Positions 27,477 through 36,847 of a DNA stretch of 64,000 nucleotides are shown piece after piece. Source of the stretch: Candidatus Sabulitectum sp. (GTDB lineage Bacteria > Fermentibacterota > Fermentibacteria > Fermentibacterales > JCC-6); assembly GCA_023139045.1 (NCBI GenBank), contig JAGLOJ010000012.1, positions 9,725 through 73,724 on the forward strand, given 5' to 3'. The notes beneath the pieces were generated by a model. That model saw only the letters and a list, made by a program, of their open reading frames with translations, had not been told where the DNA came from and ran no database searches. Each line of letters begins with the position of its first letter. Positions within the stretch are counted from its first letter, which is position 1. The position numbers and the translations under genes are program-made.

Positions 27477-30349
27477 TGAGAACAAAGGTTTCTACAGCAT
27501 TCTTGGTTTTGCTGACAGTTGTAATGGTTGGTGTTTTATTTGGAGTGATTACCAACAGCAGAAACAGCATTCTTGTTAAAGAGATGTTCTATGTGGCAGG
27601 GGGAAGTCTTGCTTCAATGATGGCTGCTGTACTTCTTTTTCTGGGGAAGCCGTGCTATAAGCAACGAATCCCTGTACTATCCCTCGGTGCTGTTGGTGCC
27701 GTACTGCTTCTTATGGTGATAATGCATTTTGCTGGAATCGGTTCAATTAATGGGCCATTTACCTTTCTTATGCTTCTCTCTCTTGCAAGCCTGACGGTTT
27801 CGTCAATCTTGTTCATTGATGAAGCTCACGTTAAACTTTTTACTTCGATCATGTTGGGATCTACTTCCATTATGTTCGTTTACGCCATAATGCAGTGGCA
27901 GGGAATCAATATTTTTTCCTGGGACGCTTCTCTTACCAGAAGCGGCAGAAGCACGGGAAGCCTTGGAAATCCCAACCTTCTCGGTGGATTTGCATCAGCG
28001 ATTATTCCTCTCGGCGCAGCATACCTTTTCTCATTGAAGAAGTTTTCCCCGGTTCTTAAAACCAGTATGACTCTTTTGTTTGTTGCCCTGGCCACAACCT
28101 CTGTTGTTGCAAGTGGAACCAGAGGAAGCGTGATTGGTGTTGTTGCGGGCAGTGTGGTTCTTCTTCTCTGGTTTTTTAAAAACAGTTCAAAATCTTTCAG
28201 GAAACTCATTCCTTTTGTCCTTCTTCTTCTGGTGGTTATTGCGGCTGTCGCTGTTCCAATGGCTTCCAGGCTTTCTGAACTGGATCCAACGATTGGGGAT
28301 CAGGGAACCCTTCAGGTCAGGAAGATCATCTGGTCCGGAACCTTTAATCTTTTCATTGATAGTCCACTGCTCGGGCACGGCCCGGGATCATTTCAGATTC
28401 TTTTTCCGGAATACAGGAACCCGTTCTACAGCATTCTGGGCGTGAGTCACAACACCCTTCACGCTCACTGTGAGTATCTTGAGATTCTTGTGGATATTGG
28501 AATAATCGGGCTTATTCTATGGGCTGTGGCAGCCTGGGGGATTATCGGTCAGCTGAGAAAAGCTGATCTCTTCAGAGCTGGCGCCTTTGCTGGAATGGCC
28601 GCAATGCTTGCAGAGGGGCTTGTTTCCATTCACCTCAGATGGCCGCCTACAGCCTGGTTGTTTGCAACCATGGCAATGATTTTTCTTTCCAGAGAATGTA
28701 ACCCTGTTCCATCAGGCAGGAAGAGCAGATCAGCTGCTGTTGGTCTGGCTCTTGTAAGTCTAATTCTTGCAGCAGGCTTTTTTGTGCACTATCTCCCGAT
28801 TACCAGATCATCCGAGCTGGTATTCAAAGGCAAGGACATGTTCCTGGTCAGAACCGAAATGGCAATGAACGGTGCATATTCCGCAGCAGCCCAGTGGATG
28901 AACTCCGGGGATGAAGCAGCTCTTAATTCTGCAGTTGTTCAGTGGCAGAATGCATCGATTTTTGCTGACAGTGCGGTTGCATATTCCAGAGAGGCCACAG
29001 AGGTATATACTTACGATCTGGGGGGATGGTACGCTTTGGGCAGTGCCCATCTGACACGGTACATGGTAATGGCCCCACCGGTTCCGGCCATGCGCTCTGC
29101 TCTTGAGGCAGCAGGATTACCCAGTCCGTTTACTCCGCAGGAAATCAGGGATGAACTGCTTCTGGGAATGGCGGCTTACGACAGCCTCACAACCATGGCT
29201 CCGAACTATGCAGAGGTTCACAACAACCTTGCACTCGGTTATTCCAATCTCGGAATGCTGGATGAGTCTATGGAGGAATTGTATAAATCTTATAAAATTC
29301 ACGCTCACAGGCGAGGGGATTACTACGATCAGGTTTCTGCACTGCTCGCCATTCATCCCAGTTCCTTCTATGGTGTTGTTCTCTATTTTCATCACTCACT
29401 TATGGGCTATGATACTGGAGTTACCGGGGGAAAACGTGAGATGGTCTGCGATTTGATCGTGAATAATGCCTGGTTTCTTGTTTCCTGCCAGCCGACCAAC
29501 AAAGCAGCTCTGCAGGAAAAATTCATCGCTCTGCTGGAAGAGATTATGCCCGCTGAACACAGTGATCCGCTCATTGACAGAGTAAGAAATATCGAGGGAT
29601 TTTCTCCCTTTGCCCTCTGGGACAGCAAAGCTGTGTTACTTATGAGTGATGAAGATGCCATTCGGGAACTTCGGCAGATGTCGATATTCTCTGCTTTCAA
29701 CAGCAGTACTTTCCCAGCGGCATTACCTTCAGTCAGAGACTTCTACATTTATCCTGCTGTAATCCTCTTCCGTTCCGGATGGGATCAGGCTGTTTTTGAT
29801 TCGGTCATGGATATTTTCCTTCTTCAGATAGTGACTGACCGGAATCTTGATAATGTAAACACACTTTTACAGAGTGAGCGATTTCATGAATCAGTTGAAG
29901 TGGAAGTTGCAGAGCAGGTATGGGTGGTAAGAATGGCTCTCGGAGGCACCAGAACCGCCTTGAGGGAAGGTTTTGAGACTCCCTGGCTTGCAGGTAGTCT
30001 TCCGGGGCTTATCTCAGACACTCTCCACTCACGGATGGAAAATGATTCATTGAACAGCCAATTGTATCAGATGGAACTGAGGATGAGTTTTCTTCTGGTT
30101 ACCTCTTACTGGTGGGACTACAATATTTTTGCGGCTTCCCAGAACGAGTACCTTCTTACTCGTATTTTTCATTGCAGAGACATGATACGTGAAATTCAGC
30201 CGGTAGCCTGGCCTTCAATTGTATCAAGGATTCTTGCAGAGGAAATAGACAGGATCAGTAATCAAACCGGCGGCGTTTGCCCATTCGTGGTGGGTCTTCT
30301 AAGAGATGATCTGGTGAGTGGTGCGGCAAGGGTTACAGAAGGCCCTTGA
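27473..30349 (+). CDS. 958-aa membrane protein: O-antigen ligase/Wzy_C-domain polymerase or oligosaccharyltransferase fused to a large TPR-like C-terminal domain
   Basis: About 12 TM helices containing the Wzy_C signature (GSLGNPNLLGGF..., LLGHGPGSFQILFPEYRNPFY...HNTLHAHCEYLEIL), then about 500 aa of soluble helical repeats. Confidence 0.8.
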   Translation: MMRTKVSTAFLVLLTVVMVGVLFGVITNSRNSILVKEMFYVAGGSLASMMAAVLLFLGKPCYKQRIPVLSLGAVGAVLLLMVIMHFAGIGSINGPFTFLMLLSLASLTVSSILFIDEAHVKLFTSIMLGSTSIMFVYAIMQWQGINIFSWDASLTRSGRSTGSLGNPNLLGGFASAIIPLGAAYLFSLKKFSPVLKTSMTLLFVALATTSVVASGTRGSVIGVVAGSVVLLLWFFKNSSKSFRKLIPFVLLLLVVIAAVAVPMASRLSELDPTIGDQGTLQVRKIIWSGTFNLFIDSPLLGHGPGSFQILFPEYRNPFYSILGVSHNTLHAHCEYLEILVDIGIIGLILWAVAAWGIIGQLRKADLFRAGAFAGMAAMLAEGLVSIHLRWPPTAWLFATMAMIFLSRECNPVPSGRKSRSAAVGLALVSLILAAGFFVHYLPITRSSELVFKGKDMFLVRTEMAMNGAYSAAAQWMNSGDEAALNSAVVQWQNASIFADSAVAYSREATEVYTYDLGGWYALGSAHLTRYMVMAPPVPAMRSALEAAGLPSPFTPQEIRDELLLGMAAYDSLTTMAPNYAEVHNNLALGYSNLGMLDESMEELYKSYKIHAHRRGDYYDQVSALLAIHPSSFYGVVLYFHHSLMGYDTGVTGGKREMVCDLIVNNAWFLVSCQPTNKAALQEKFIALLEEIMPAEHSDPLIDRVRNIEGFSPFALWDSKAVLLMSDEDAIRELRQMSIFSAFNSSTFPAALPSVRDFYIYPAVILFRSGWDQAVFDSVMDIFLLQIVTDRNLDNVNTLLQSERFHESVEVEVAEQVWVVRMALGGTRTALREGFETPWLAGSLPGLISDTLHSRMENDSLNSQLYQMELRMSFLLVTSYWWDYNIFAASQNEYLLTRIFHCRDMIREIQPVAWPSIVSRILAEEIDRISNQTGGVCPFVVGLLRDDLVSGAARVTEGP

Positions 30350-30400
30350 TGTAGTATGAATTTTACCATAGATTAGCTGTACTTGTGCTTTGTCTGGCAT

Positions 30401-30424
30401 GGGCGCGTTGCGCCCATTTTTGCT
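30401..30424 (+). terminator. rho-independent terminator closing the glycosylation operon
   Basis: GGGCGC-GTT-GCGCCC, a 6-bp all-GC stem, immediately followed by ATTTTTGC. Confidence 0.55.
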
Positions 30425-30464
30425 ATACCGCTGGTTTCGAATCAGCATTTACGGAGGTTTGACT

Positions 30465-30884
30465 TTGGCTCATGATGATGTACTGGAGCATGTCGAGGAA
30501 ATAGTGGCTAAGTCAGATCTCCTTCTTGTTGACATGAATCTGTTTCAGGCAGGAAGGCAGAGAATTCTTCGTGTTCTTGTTGATAAAGTCGGTAGAGTAG
30601 GCCTGGATGAGTGTGCCAGCGTGTCCAGGGCCATCGCAAATGCCATCGAGACCCTCGATCTGGTCGGCGGAGCTTATACACTTGAGGTGAGTTCACCCGG
30701 GATTGGGAGACAGCTATCCACCGAGAACGACTGGATTCGCTGTGCAGGAAGAAAACTTGAGATAAAAACAGAGTCAGAAGAGTTTGTGAGCGTTCTTTCA
30801 AGCTATTCAGAAGGGCTTTTAACATTTGAGGACGGCAGAGTCACTGATTCAGGAAGTGTACTTTCCGCCCGGGAAGCAATTTAA
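30465..30884 (+). CDS. rimP: ribosome maturation factor RimP
   Basis: LEHVEEIVAKSDLLLVDMNLFQAGRQRILRVLVDK is the RimP N-domain. TTG 30465 is preceded by GGAGG; the ORF-track ATG 30390 gives a non-conserved extension. Conserved position upstream of nusA. Confidence 0.8.
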   Translation: MAHDDVLEHVEEIVAKSDLLLVDMNLFQAGRQRILRVLVDKVGRVGLDECASVSRAIANAIETLDLVGGAYTLEVSSPGIGRQLSTENDWIRCAGRKLEIKTESEEFVSVLSSYSEGLLTFEDGRVTDSGSVLSAREAI

Positions 30885-30897
30885 CAGGAGGGATCAA

Positions 30898-32277
30898 TTG
30901 GCGGATTTTGAGAGAATAGATGCCCTCGCCAGCCTGGTGAGGGAAAAAGGGGTGAACAGAGAAATTCTTCTCAGGAGTCTTCATGCAGGTCTTGCCAAGG
31001 CATCTCTGAGAGAGTACGGGGAAGAACAGGACATCAAGGTTACCTGGGAGCAGGGCAGCGGCGATATTCGCATGGAAGCCTTGAAGACCGTAGTGGAAAA
31101 GGTAGCCAGAAGAAAAACCCATCTGGAGATTGATCTGAAGAGGGCAAGAATGCTCGATAAAAACTGTGAATTGGGCGATCAGGTTGCTGTTCCAATCAGC
31201 ATTACCGATTTTGGAAGAGCTGCTGTTAATGAATTCAGATCAGAATTTCTTTTGCTGGTTAAATCCGCAGAGAGAAATCAGGTTTGGAAAGAATACGAAG
31301 ACAGGGTTGGATCCATCATACCCCGTTGCAGAGTTCAGCAGGTTTACAGGAACAGAATTCTTGTTCAGGTTGCCGGCAGTATCGAGGCTGTCGTTCCCGC
31401 TGATGAGAGGGCTCGGGGCGAGAGGTATGATCAGGGTGATTCTATAACTCCTGTTCTTATCAGAGTAGAAAGACCTGAGAGTCTTGAGCCTCAGCTTGTT
31501 CTTTCAAGGGCAACCCCGGAACTTGTAAGGAGACTTTTCGAAAGAGAAGCTCCCGAGATCGAGGAAGGTGTTGTAAGCATTAAGGTTATTGCCAGGGAGC
31601 CCGGCGTCAGATCCAAGATCGCAGTTTCCAGTAACGATATGCGGATTGACGCTGTAGGTGCCTTCGTTGGAATGAAGGGAACCAGGGTTCAATCGGTGAT
31701 GAGAGAACTGAATGGTGAGCGTATTGATATTCTCCCATGGACAAGAGACCGTTATGTGCTTGCCTCTCAGGCACTGGCACCGGCTACTGTTCTGAATATC
31801 GACTCCGAGCAATCTTTCAACCGGGAAACCGGCGAGATGGAAGATATTTTGATTGCTGTTGTTCCAGACGATCAGCTCTCTCTTGCAATCGGCAGAAACG
31901 GGCACAATGTGCGACTTGCCGGACAGCTTGTTGAGCGCAGAATTGATCTGAAAACCCAGAGTCAGTGGGAAGAGGAAAATCGTTGGGAGAACATGCTCAG
32001 GGTTGATGTTAGCGAGCTGCCCAGCGTGAATGAAAAACTGGCCGAAAGGTTGAGCAGAGCCGGTTACGATTCGGCACAGATCATTCTTGAGTCAACAAAG
32101 GAAGAATTGCAGGAAGTTCAGGGTGTCGGTCCTGTGAAACTGGCACAGATATTGAAAGAGGCTGCTGAACTTGTTGATCAGAGAGCACACCAGATAGAAG
32201 TTGCAAAAAAACTTGAGCAGAATAATTCATCTGAGTCTGAAAATGAAACAGAGGAAGCCACTGAGTACAAAGAATAA
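30898..32277 (+). CDS. nusA: transcription termination/antitermination factor NusA
   Basis: NusA N-domain, S1 and tandem KH regions (GSGDIRME..., VGAFVGMKGTRVQSV). TTG 30898 has an AGGAGGG RBS; the upstream part of the ORF-track model overlaps rimP. Confidence 0.9.
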   Translation: MADFERIDALASLVREKGVNREILLRSLHAGLAKASLREYGEEQDIKVTWEQGSGDIRMEALKTVVEKVARRKTHLEIDLKRARMLDKNCELGDQVAVPISITDFGRAAVNEFRSEFLLLVKSAERNQVWKEYEDRVGSIIPRCRVQQVYRNRILVQVAGSIEAVVPADERARGERYDQGDSITPVLIRVERPESLEPQLVLSRATPELVRRLFEREAPEIEEGVVSIKVIAREPGVRSKIAVSSNDMRIDAVGAFVGMKGTRVQSVMRELNGERIDILPWTRDRYVLASQALAPATVLNIDSEQSFNRETGEMEDILIAVVPDDQLSLAIGRNGHNVRLAGQLVERRIDLKTQSQWEEENRWENMLRVDVSELPSVNEKLAERLSRAGYDSAQIILESTKEELQEVQGVGPVKLAQILKEAAELVDQRAHQIEVAKKLEQNNSSESENETEEATEYKE

Positions 32278-32294
32278 ACGCGGCGCGGAAGAAG

Positions 32295-34451
32295 GTGATT
32301 TCCTTGACGGAAGTAAATAAAGTACGGAAACGAAGGGTGTATGAGCTGGCCCGGGAACTTAACATCTCCAGCGAAGCACTGCTCAAGGTTCTGGAAGAAC
32401 TTAAAATTGAAGCAAAAAGCCACATGAGTACTGTTGGCACTGAGGATACAACCAAGGTTGTTGAGCAATTTGAGAAGCAGAAGGCTGAGGCGAAAACCCG
32501 GGCTACCAAGAAGCGAAAACGCAGGCGCCGGAAGAAAAAAACAGTAGTCTCCGCTGAAACGGTCAAGAATGTGAAGAAGATTCTTGCAAAGATAGACTCC
32601 AGCGGCGCCAGAAACCGCAAGAGTAAAAAGGTTAGATACCGCAAGGAAAAGCAGGAGAGGCACGAAGAACAGCGGATATTTGAAGATGGTGAAGAAAAAA
32701 TACTGAAGATCACCGAGTTCACGAGTCCAGCGGAACTTGCTCAGCAGATGGGGCAGCCTGTTAACGGCGTTATTGCGGCCTGTATGAAGCTGGGTGTTAT
32801 GGCCACGGCAAACCAGAGACTTGATGTTGATACTATATCTCTTGTAGCCGAGGAACTTGGCTTTGCGGTGCGGGAGGTCAGTGAGTACGGGGCCGAGGCT
32901 CTTGAAGAGGCGAGAATTTCCGATACTGATGCTGTTGAAGAGGAAAGACCGCCAGTGGTGACAATAATGGGTCATGTGGATCACGGGAAAACTGCTCTTC
33001 TTGACCGTATCCGTTCTGCAAATGTAATCGCTACTGAATCAGGGGGCATTACGCAGCATATCGGTGCCTATGTGGCAAACGTAGGTGACGACAGGCAGGT
33101 TACATTCATCGATACCCCCGGTCACGCTGCTTTCACAGCGATGCGGGCCCGTGGTGCAATGGTAACAGATATCGTGATTCTTGTGGTGGCATCCGACAGT
33201 AGAGTCATGCCCCAGACAAAAGAATCTATTGAGCATGCCAGAGCTGCGGGAATTCCAATAATAGTTGCCATCACGAAGATGGATCTTTCCACTGCGAACT
33301 CTGACTTCATCAAGCAGGATCTTGCAAAGAACGACGTTCTTGTTGAAGAATGGAGCGGCAGTGTTCAATGTGCCGAGGTTTCTGCCATGACTGGCCTGGG
33401 TGTGGATGAGCTTCTTGAGATGATCCTGATTCAGGCTGAAATGCTTGAACTCACTGCAGTTCCTGACAGACTTGCCAGGGGAACAGTACTTGAGGGCAGG
33501 GTTGATCCCAGAAGAGGCTCCATTGTGAATATCCTTGTTCAGGATGGAACTCTTCGCGAGGGAGACTGTTTTGTTGCCGGGCAGTATTCCGGCAGGGCCA
33601 GAGCTCTTTTCGACGAGAATGATGAGCAGATTTCAGAGGTTCCACCAGGTTATCCTGTGCAGCTTCTTGGCTCTCCGGGAGTTCCATCTGCCGGTGACTC
33701 ATTTGTCGGAGTGGAGAGCGACCAGGAAGCCAGGAAGGTTGCACTCCGTCGCCAGATGGTTGCCCGTGAAAAACTCCTTCATTCCAGACACAGGGTTTCC
33801 CTTGAGGATTTCTGGGCCACCACAACCAGTGAAGAGAGAGTTCTCAACGTCATCATTAAATCAGATGTTTCAGGTTCGGCAGAGGCAATTCTTGATTCTC
33901 TCTCAAAACTTCAGAACGACGAAGTGGGAGTCAATGTAATTCTCAGTGGTGCCGGCGGAATAACCGAGAGCGATGTTGATCTCGCCGCTGCCTCAAACGC
34001 CGTTATTCTTGGCTTCAAGGTAAGACCGGATCAGAGAGCACGCGAACGAGCTTCTGAAGAAGGCGTGGAGATAAGCACCTATAATGTTATCTACCATCTT
34101 GAGGACACAGTGAGAAAGGCTCTTGGCGGCCTGCTTAAACCGGAAGAGAGGGAAGAATTCCTCGGCTCTGTGGAAGTCAGAGACACATTCAAGGTTCCGA
34201 AGATCGGAGTTATTGCAGGTTGCTACATTGTGGCAGGAAAAATAAAGCGGAATGCCCGTGCCCGTCTTGTTAGAAACGGTGTTGTGCTCTGGGAAGGTGA
34301 GATCTCCTCACTTAAGCATCACAAAGACGACAAGCGCGAAATGTCCACAGGATTTGAATGCGGTATAGGTCTTCACAAGTATAATGACATCAAGACAGGC
34401 GATACCATCGAGAGTTATGAGATAATCAAGATTGCGAGAGAGCTGGAGTGA
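32295..34451 (+). CDS. infB: translation initiation factor IF-2
   Basis: Lys/Arg-rich N-terminal region. G-domain motifs GHVDHGKT, DTPGH, TKMD. C-terminal beta-barrels. Confidence 0.92.
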   Translation: MISLTEVNKVRKRRVYELARELNISSEALLKVLEELKIEAKSHMSTVGTEDTTKVVEQFEKQKAEAKTRATKKRKRRRRKKKTVVSAETVKNVKKILAKIDSSGARNRKSKKVRYRKEKQERHEEQRIFEDGEEKILKITEFTSPAELAQQMGQPVNGVIAACMKLGVMATANQRLDVDTISLVAEELGFAVREVSEYGAEALEEARISDTDAVEEERPPVVTIMGHVDHGKTALLDRIRSANVIATESGGITQHIGAYVANVGDDRQVTFIDTPGHAAFTAMRARGAMVTDIVILVVASDSRVMPQTKESIEHARAAGIPIIVAITKMDLSTANSDFIKQDLAKNDVLVEEWSGSVQCAEVSAMTGLGVDELLEMILIQAEMLELTAVPDRLARGTVLEGRVDPRRGSIVNILVQDGTLREGDCFVAGQYSGRARALFDENDEQISEVPPGYPVQLLGSPGVPSAGDSFVGVESDQEARKVALRRQMVAREKLLHSRHRVSLEDFWATTTSEERVLNVIIKSDVSGSAEAILDSLSKLQNDEVGVNVILSGAGGITESDVDLAAASNAVILGFKVRPDQRARERASEEGVEISTYNVIYHLEDTVRKALGGLLKPEEREEFLGSVEVRDTFKVPKIGVIAGCYIVAGKIKRNARARLVRNGVVLWEGEISSLKHHKDDKREMSTGFECGIGLHKYNDIKTGDTIESYEIIKIARELE

Positions 34452-34798
34452 ATTCAAGAAGAACAGAGCAGATAGCGAACAGAATCCAGATGCTTGTGTC
34501 TGAAATTCTGCAGCGGGAAGTTTCCGATCCCAGGCTGAATTCCCTTGTTGTCAACAGGGTTGAACTTGCCAGGGATGGTTCGTTTGCCAGAATTTATGTC
34601 TCTTCCTATCTGCCGGATACTGAGTCAGATGATATTCGGAAAGTGCTGAAGAAAGCCTCGGGGTTTATCCGCAAAAACCTGGCAGGAAAACTTGATCTCA
34701 GGATCGTACCGACACTCAGATTTCAGTGGGATGATTCAATCAGGGAGGGTGAAGAGGTGCTCTCTGCCATTCGCAAGCTGAATGTAGAGGAAAACTGA
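34448..34798 (+). CDS. rbfA: ribosome-binding factor A
   Basis: 116-aa KH-like protein overlapping infB by 4 nt (ATGA) at the canonical position. Confidence 0.85.
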   Translation: MNSRRTEQIANRIQMLVSEILQREVSDPRLNSLVVNRVELARDGSFARIYVSSYLPDTESDDIRKVLKKASGFIRKNLAGKLDLRIVPTLRFQWDDSIREGEEVLSAIRKLNVEEN

Positions 34799-34801
34799 CA
34801 G

Positions 34802-35662
34802 GTGACAGGCGGAGGTGGAGTTTATCTTCTTGACAAGGCTGCCGGAGTTACTTCCCGCCGTGCCGCCATGGCAGTGGCGAAGGCCAACGGCTTCAAAAAG
34901 TACGGGCATTGCGGAACACTTGATCCGGATGCCACGGGGCTTCTGGTTGTAATTCTCGGCAAAGCCACAAGGCTTGCGTCTTACATATCCGGTGATACAA
35001 AGCGATATTCGTTTGATCTGGTCGCAGGTGTTCTTACAGATACACTTGATATGTCAGGCGAAATATTCAAAGAAGCAGACTGTTCTCACCTTACCACTGA
35101 AGATGTGGTTGCCAGACTTCCGGAATTTACCGGTACATTTCAACAGAGAGTACCACTTTTCAGTGCTGTAAGGATAAACGGTAAACGGGGATACAAGCTC
35201 GCCAGAGAAGGTGAGACTCCAGAGATGCCCGAAAGAAATGTTACGGTAACAGACTGGAAATCCGGAGAGCTTCTAGACAACAGAATTCCGCTGGAAGTCA
35301 CAGTATCTGCCGGTACTTATATAAGGGCTCTGGCCAGGGACATAGGAGAGGCTCTGAATATTCCTGCAGTGGCAGACTGCATAAGAAGAACCATGGCAGG
35401 CTCATTCAGTATCAGCGAAGCTTCAGAACTCTATAACCACAAAGGATCCCTGCTTTCGATGGTGGAAGCCATGAGAGGGTATCCTCAAATCAGAGTTACA
35501 CCCTCACAAGCACACGGTGTTTTTCACGGAAACCCTTTTCCCGCGCAGATCAAAGGCACAGCAGTTGCGGTTGATGCGACCGGCAATCTACTGGCTGTCG
35601 GCATTGGCGATGGTGTTTTGTTTCAGCCCAAAGTGGTTCTGGCTACCGAGGTGCAGGAATGA
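34802..35662 (+). CDS. truB: tRNA pseudouridine(55) synthase TruB
   Basis: GHCGTLDPDATGLLVV catalytic-Asp motif; conserved synteny. Confidence 0.9.
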   Translation: MTGGGGVYLLDKAAGVTSRRAAMAVAKANGFKKYGHCGTLDPDATGLLVVILGKATRLASYISGDTKRYSFDLVAGVLTDTLDMSGEIFKEADCSHLTTEDVVARLPEFTGTFQQRVPLFSAVRINGKRGYKLAREGETPEMPERNVTVTDWKSGELLDNRIPLEVTVSAGTYIRALARDIGEALNIPAVADCIRRTMAGSFSISEASELYNHKGSLLSMVEAMRGYPQIRVTPSQAHGVFHGNPFPAQIKGTAVAVDATGNLLAVGIGDGVLFQPKVVLATEVQE

Positions 35663-36501
35663 GACTTGCAGCTCTGGGCGCATTTGACGGTCTGCACAAA
35701 GGACACATGAAGGTAATTGATGCGGCGGGACCCAACTGCGGTGTAGTCTTTTTTGAACCTGTTCCCAGGCAGGTATTCGGAGGTCTTTCATGGAGAAAGC
35801 GGCTTACAACACCTGCCGAGCGTTATGAATTGTTGCGGGACAACGGAGTATCTAGTATTATTACGCTTCCGTTTGACGGTGTTACTGCGGCCACCACACC
35901 GCAGGGTTTCAGCAGATTATTAGCTGAAATCGGTCTATTCAGCGGGTTTGTAGTCGGGTACGATTTTCGGTTCGGCAGTGATGCTTCCGGCAACACTGTA
36001 ACGCTGAAAGAAAATCTCCGGCAGTTCGGGCTTACTGTTACTCTGGTAAAGCCTGAGGATGTCGGAGGGGTACCGGTTAAAAGCGGGAAGATAAGACAGC
36101 TTCTGCTTGATGGTGATTTGAGCAGTGCTTCTGATCTTCTTGGTCGGGCCTACGGAGCAACCGGTGTTGTTTCCAGGGGCAGAGGGTTCGGTAGAACACT
36201 GGGGTTTCCAACTCTGAATATCAGAGTCCCGGAGTCTAAGCTGCTTCCTCTGCAGGGAAGCTACGCGACCTTCGCCAGGATTGGTTGCAGAAAACTTGAG
36301 GCCGTGGCATTTGTGGTTCCCGGGGGGAACCTTGTTGAGGTGCACGTGCCCTCTTTTGAAGGTGATTTTTACGGTGCTGAAGCATCTGTTGAGTTCATAT
36401 CCTTCATCCGGGCACCTGCATTGGTTAAGTCAGAAGAAATGTTGAAAAAACTGATAAAAAACGATCTGGAAAGATCAATGGAGGTATTGAGAGAATGGTA
36501 A
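35659..36501 (+). CDS. ribF: bifunctional riboflavin kinase / FMN adenylyltransferase
   Basis: GAFDGLHKGH nucleotidyltransferase motif; C-terminal flavokinase domain (GRGFGRTLGFPTLN). Confidence 0.9.
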   Translation: MRLAALGAFDGLHKGHMKVIDAAGPNCGVVFFEPVPRQVFGGLSWRKRLTTPAERYELLRDNGVSSIITLPFDGVTAATTPQGFSRLLAEIGLFSGFVVGYDFRFGSDASGNTVTLKENLRQFGLTVTLVKPEDVGGVPVKSGKIRQLLLDGDLSSASDLLGRAYGATGVVSRGRGFGRTLGFPTLNIRVPESKLLPLQGSYATFARIGCRKLEAVAFVVPGGNLVEVHVPSFEGDFYGAEASVEFISFIRAPALVKSEEMLKKLIKNDLERSMEVLREW

Positions 36502-36761
36502 CCAGTGAGCGTAAAAAAGAGCTGACAATTCAATTTGGTGGCAGCGAAGCAAATACAGGCAGAACGGAAGTACAGATTGCCATCCACACTGAGAGAATCA
36601 AGCAGCTCACAGAGCACGCAAAGGCAAATCCCAAGGACAACAATTTCCGCAGAGGTCTGCTGATGCTTGTTGGTAAGAGACGCCGTCTTCTGAACTACTT
36701 GATTTCCAGAGATGTTGACAGATACAGAAGTGTTATCAAGGAACTTGGTCTCAGAAGATAA
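36495..36761 (+). CDS. rpsO: 30S ribosomal protein S15
   Basis: 88-aa protein highly conserved as S15 (GSEANTGRTEVQIA...). Confidence 0.92.
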   Translation: MVTSERKKELTIQFGGSEANTGRTEVQIAIHTERIKQLTEHAKANPKDNNFRRGLLMLVGKRRRLLNYLISRDVDRYRSVIKELGLRR

Positions 36762-36847
36762 CTAATCTTTCAGGGCCACAGTTTCATTCGTAAAAGTCCG
36801 CAGGCAAACGGTCTGCCGGCATAAGTTTAGTTAGATGTAAGGAAAGT

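Noticed and set aside
30425-30445. GGTTTCGAATC resembling a tRNA T-loop
   Set aside because: No acceptor stem or anticodon arm can be built around it. It lies in the rimP leader right after the terminator.
32500-32660. Lys/Arg-rich repetitive stretch
   Set aside because: This is the normal low-complexity N-terminal region of IF-2, not a mobile or repeat element.
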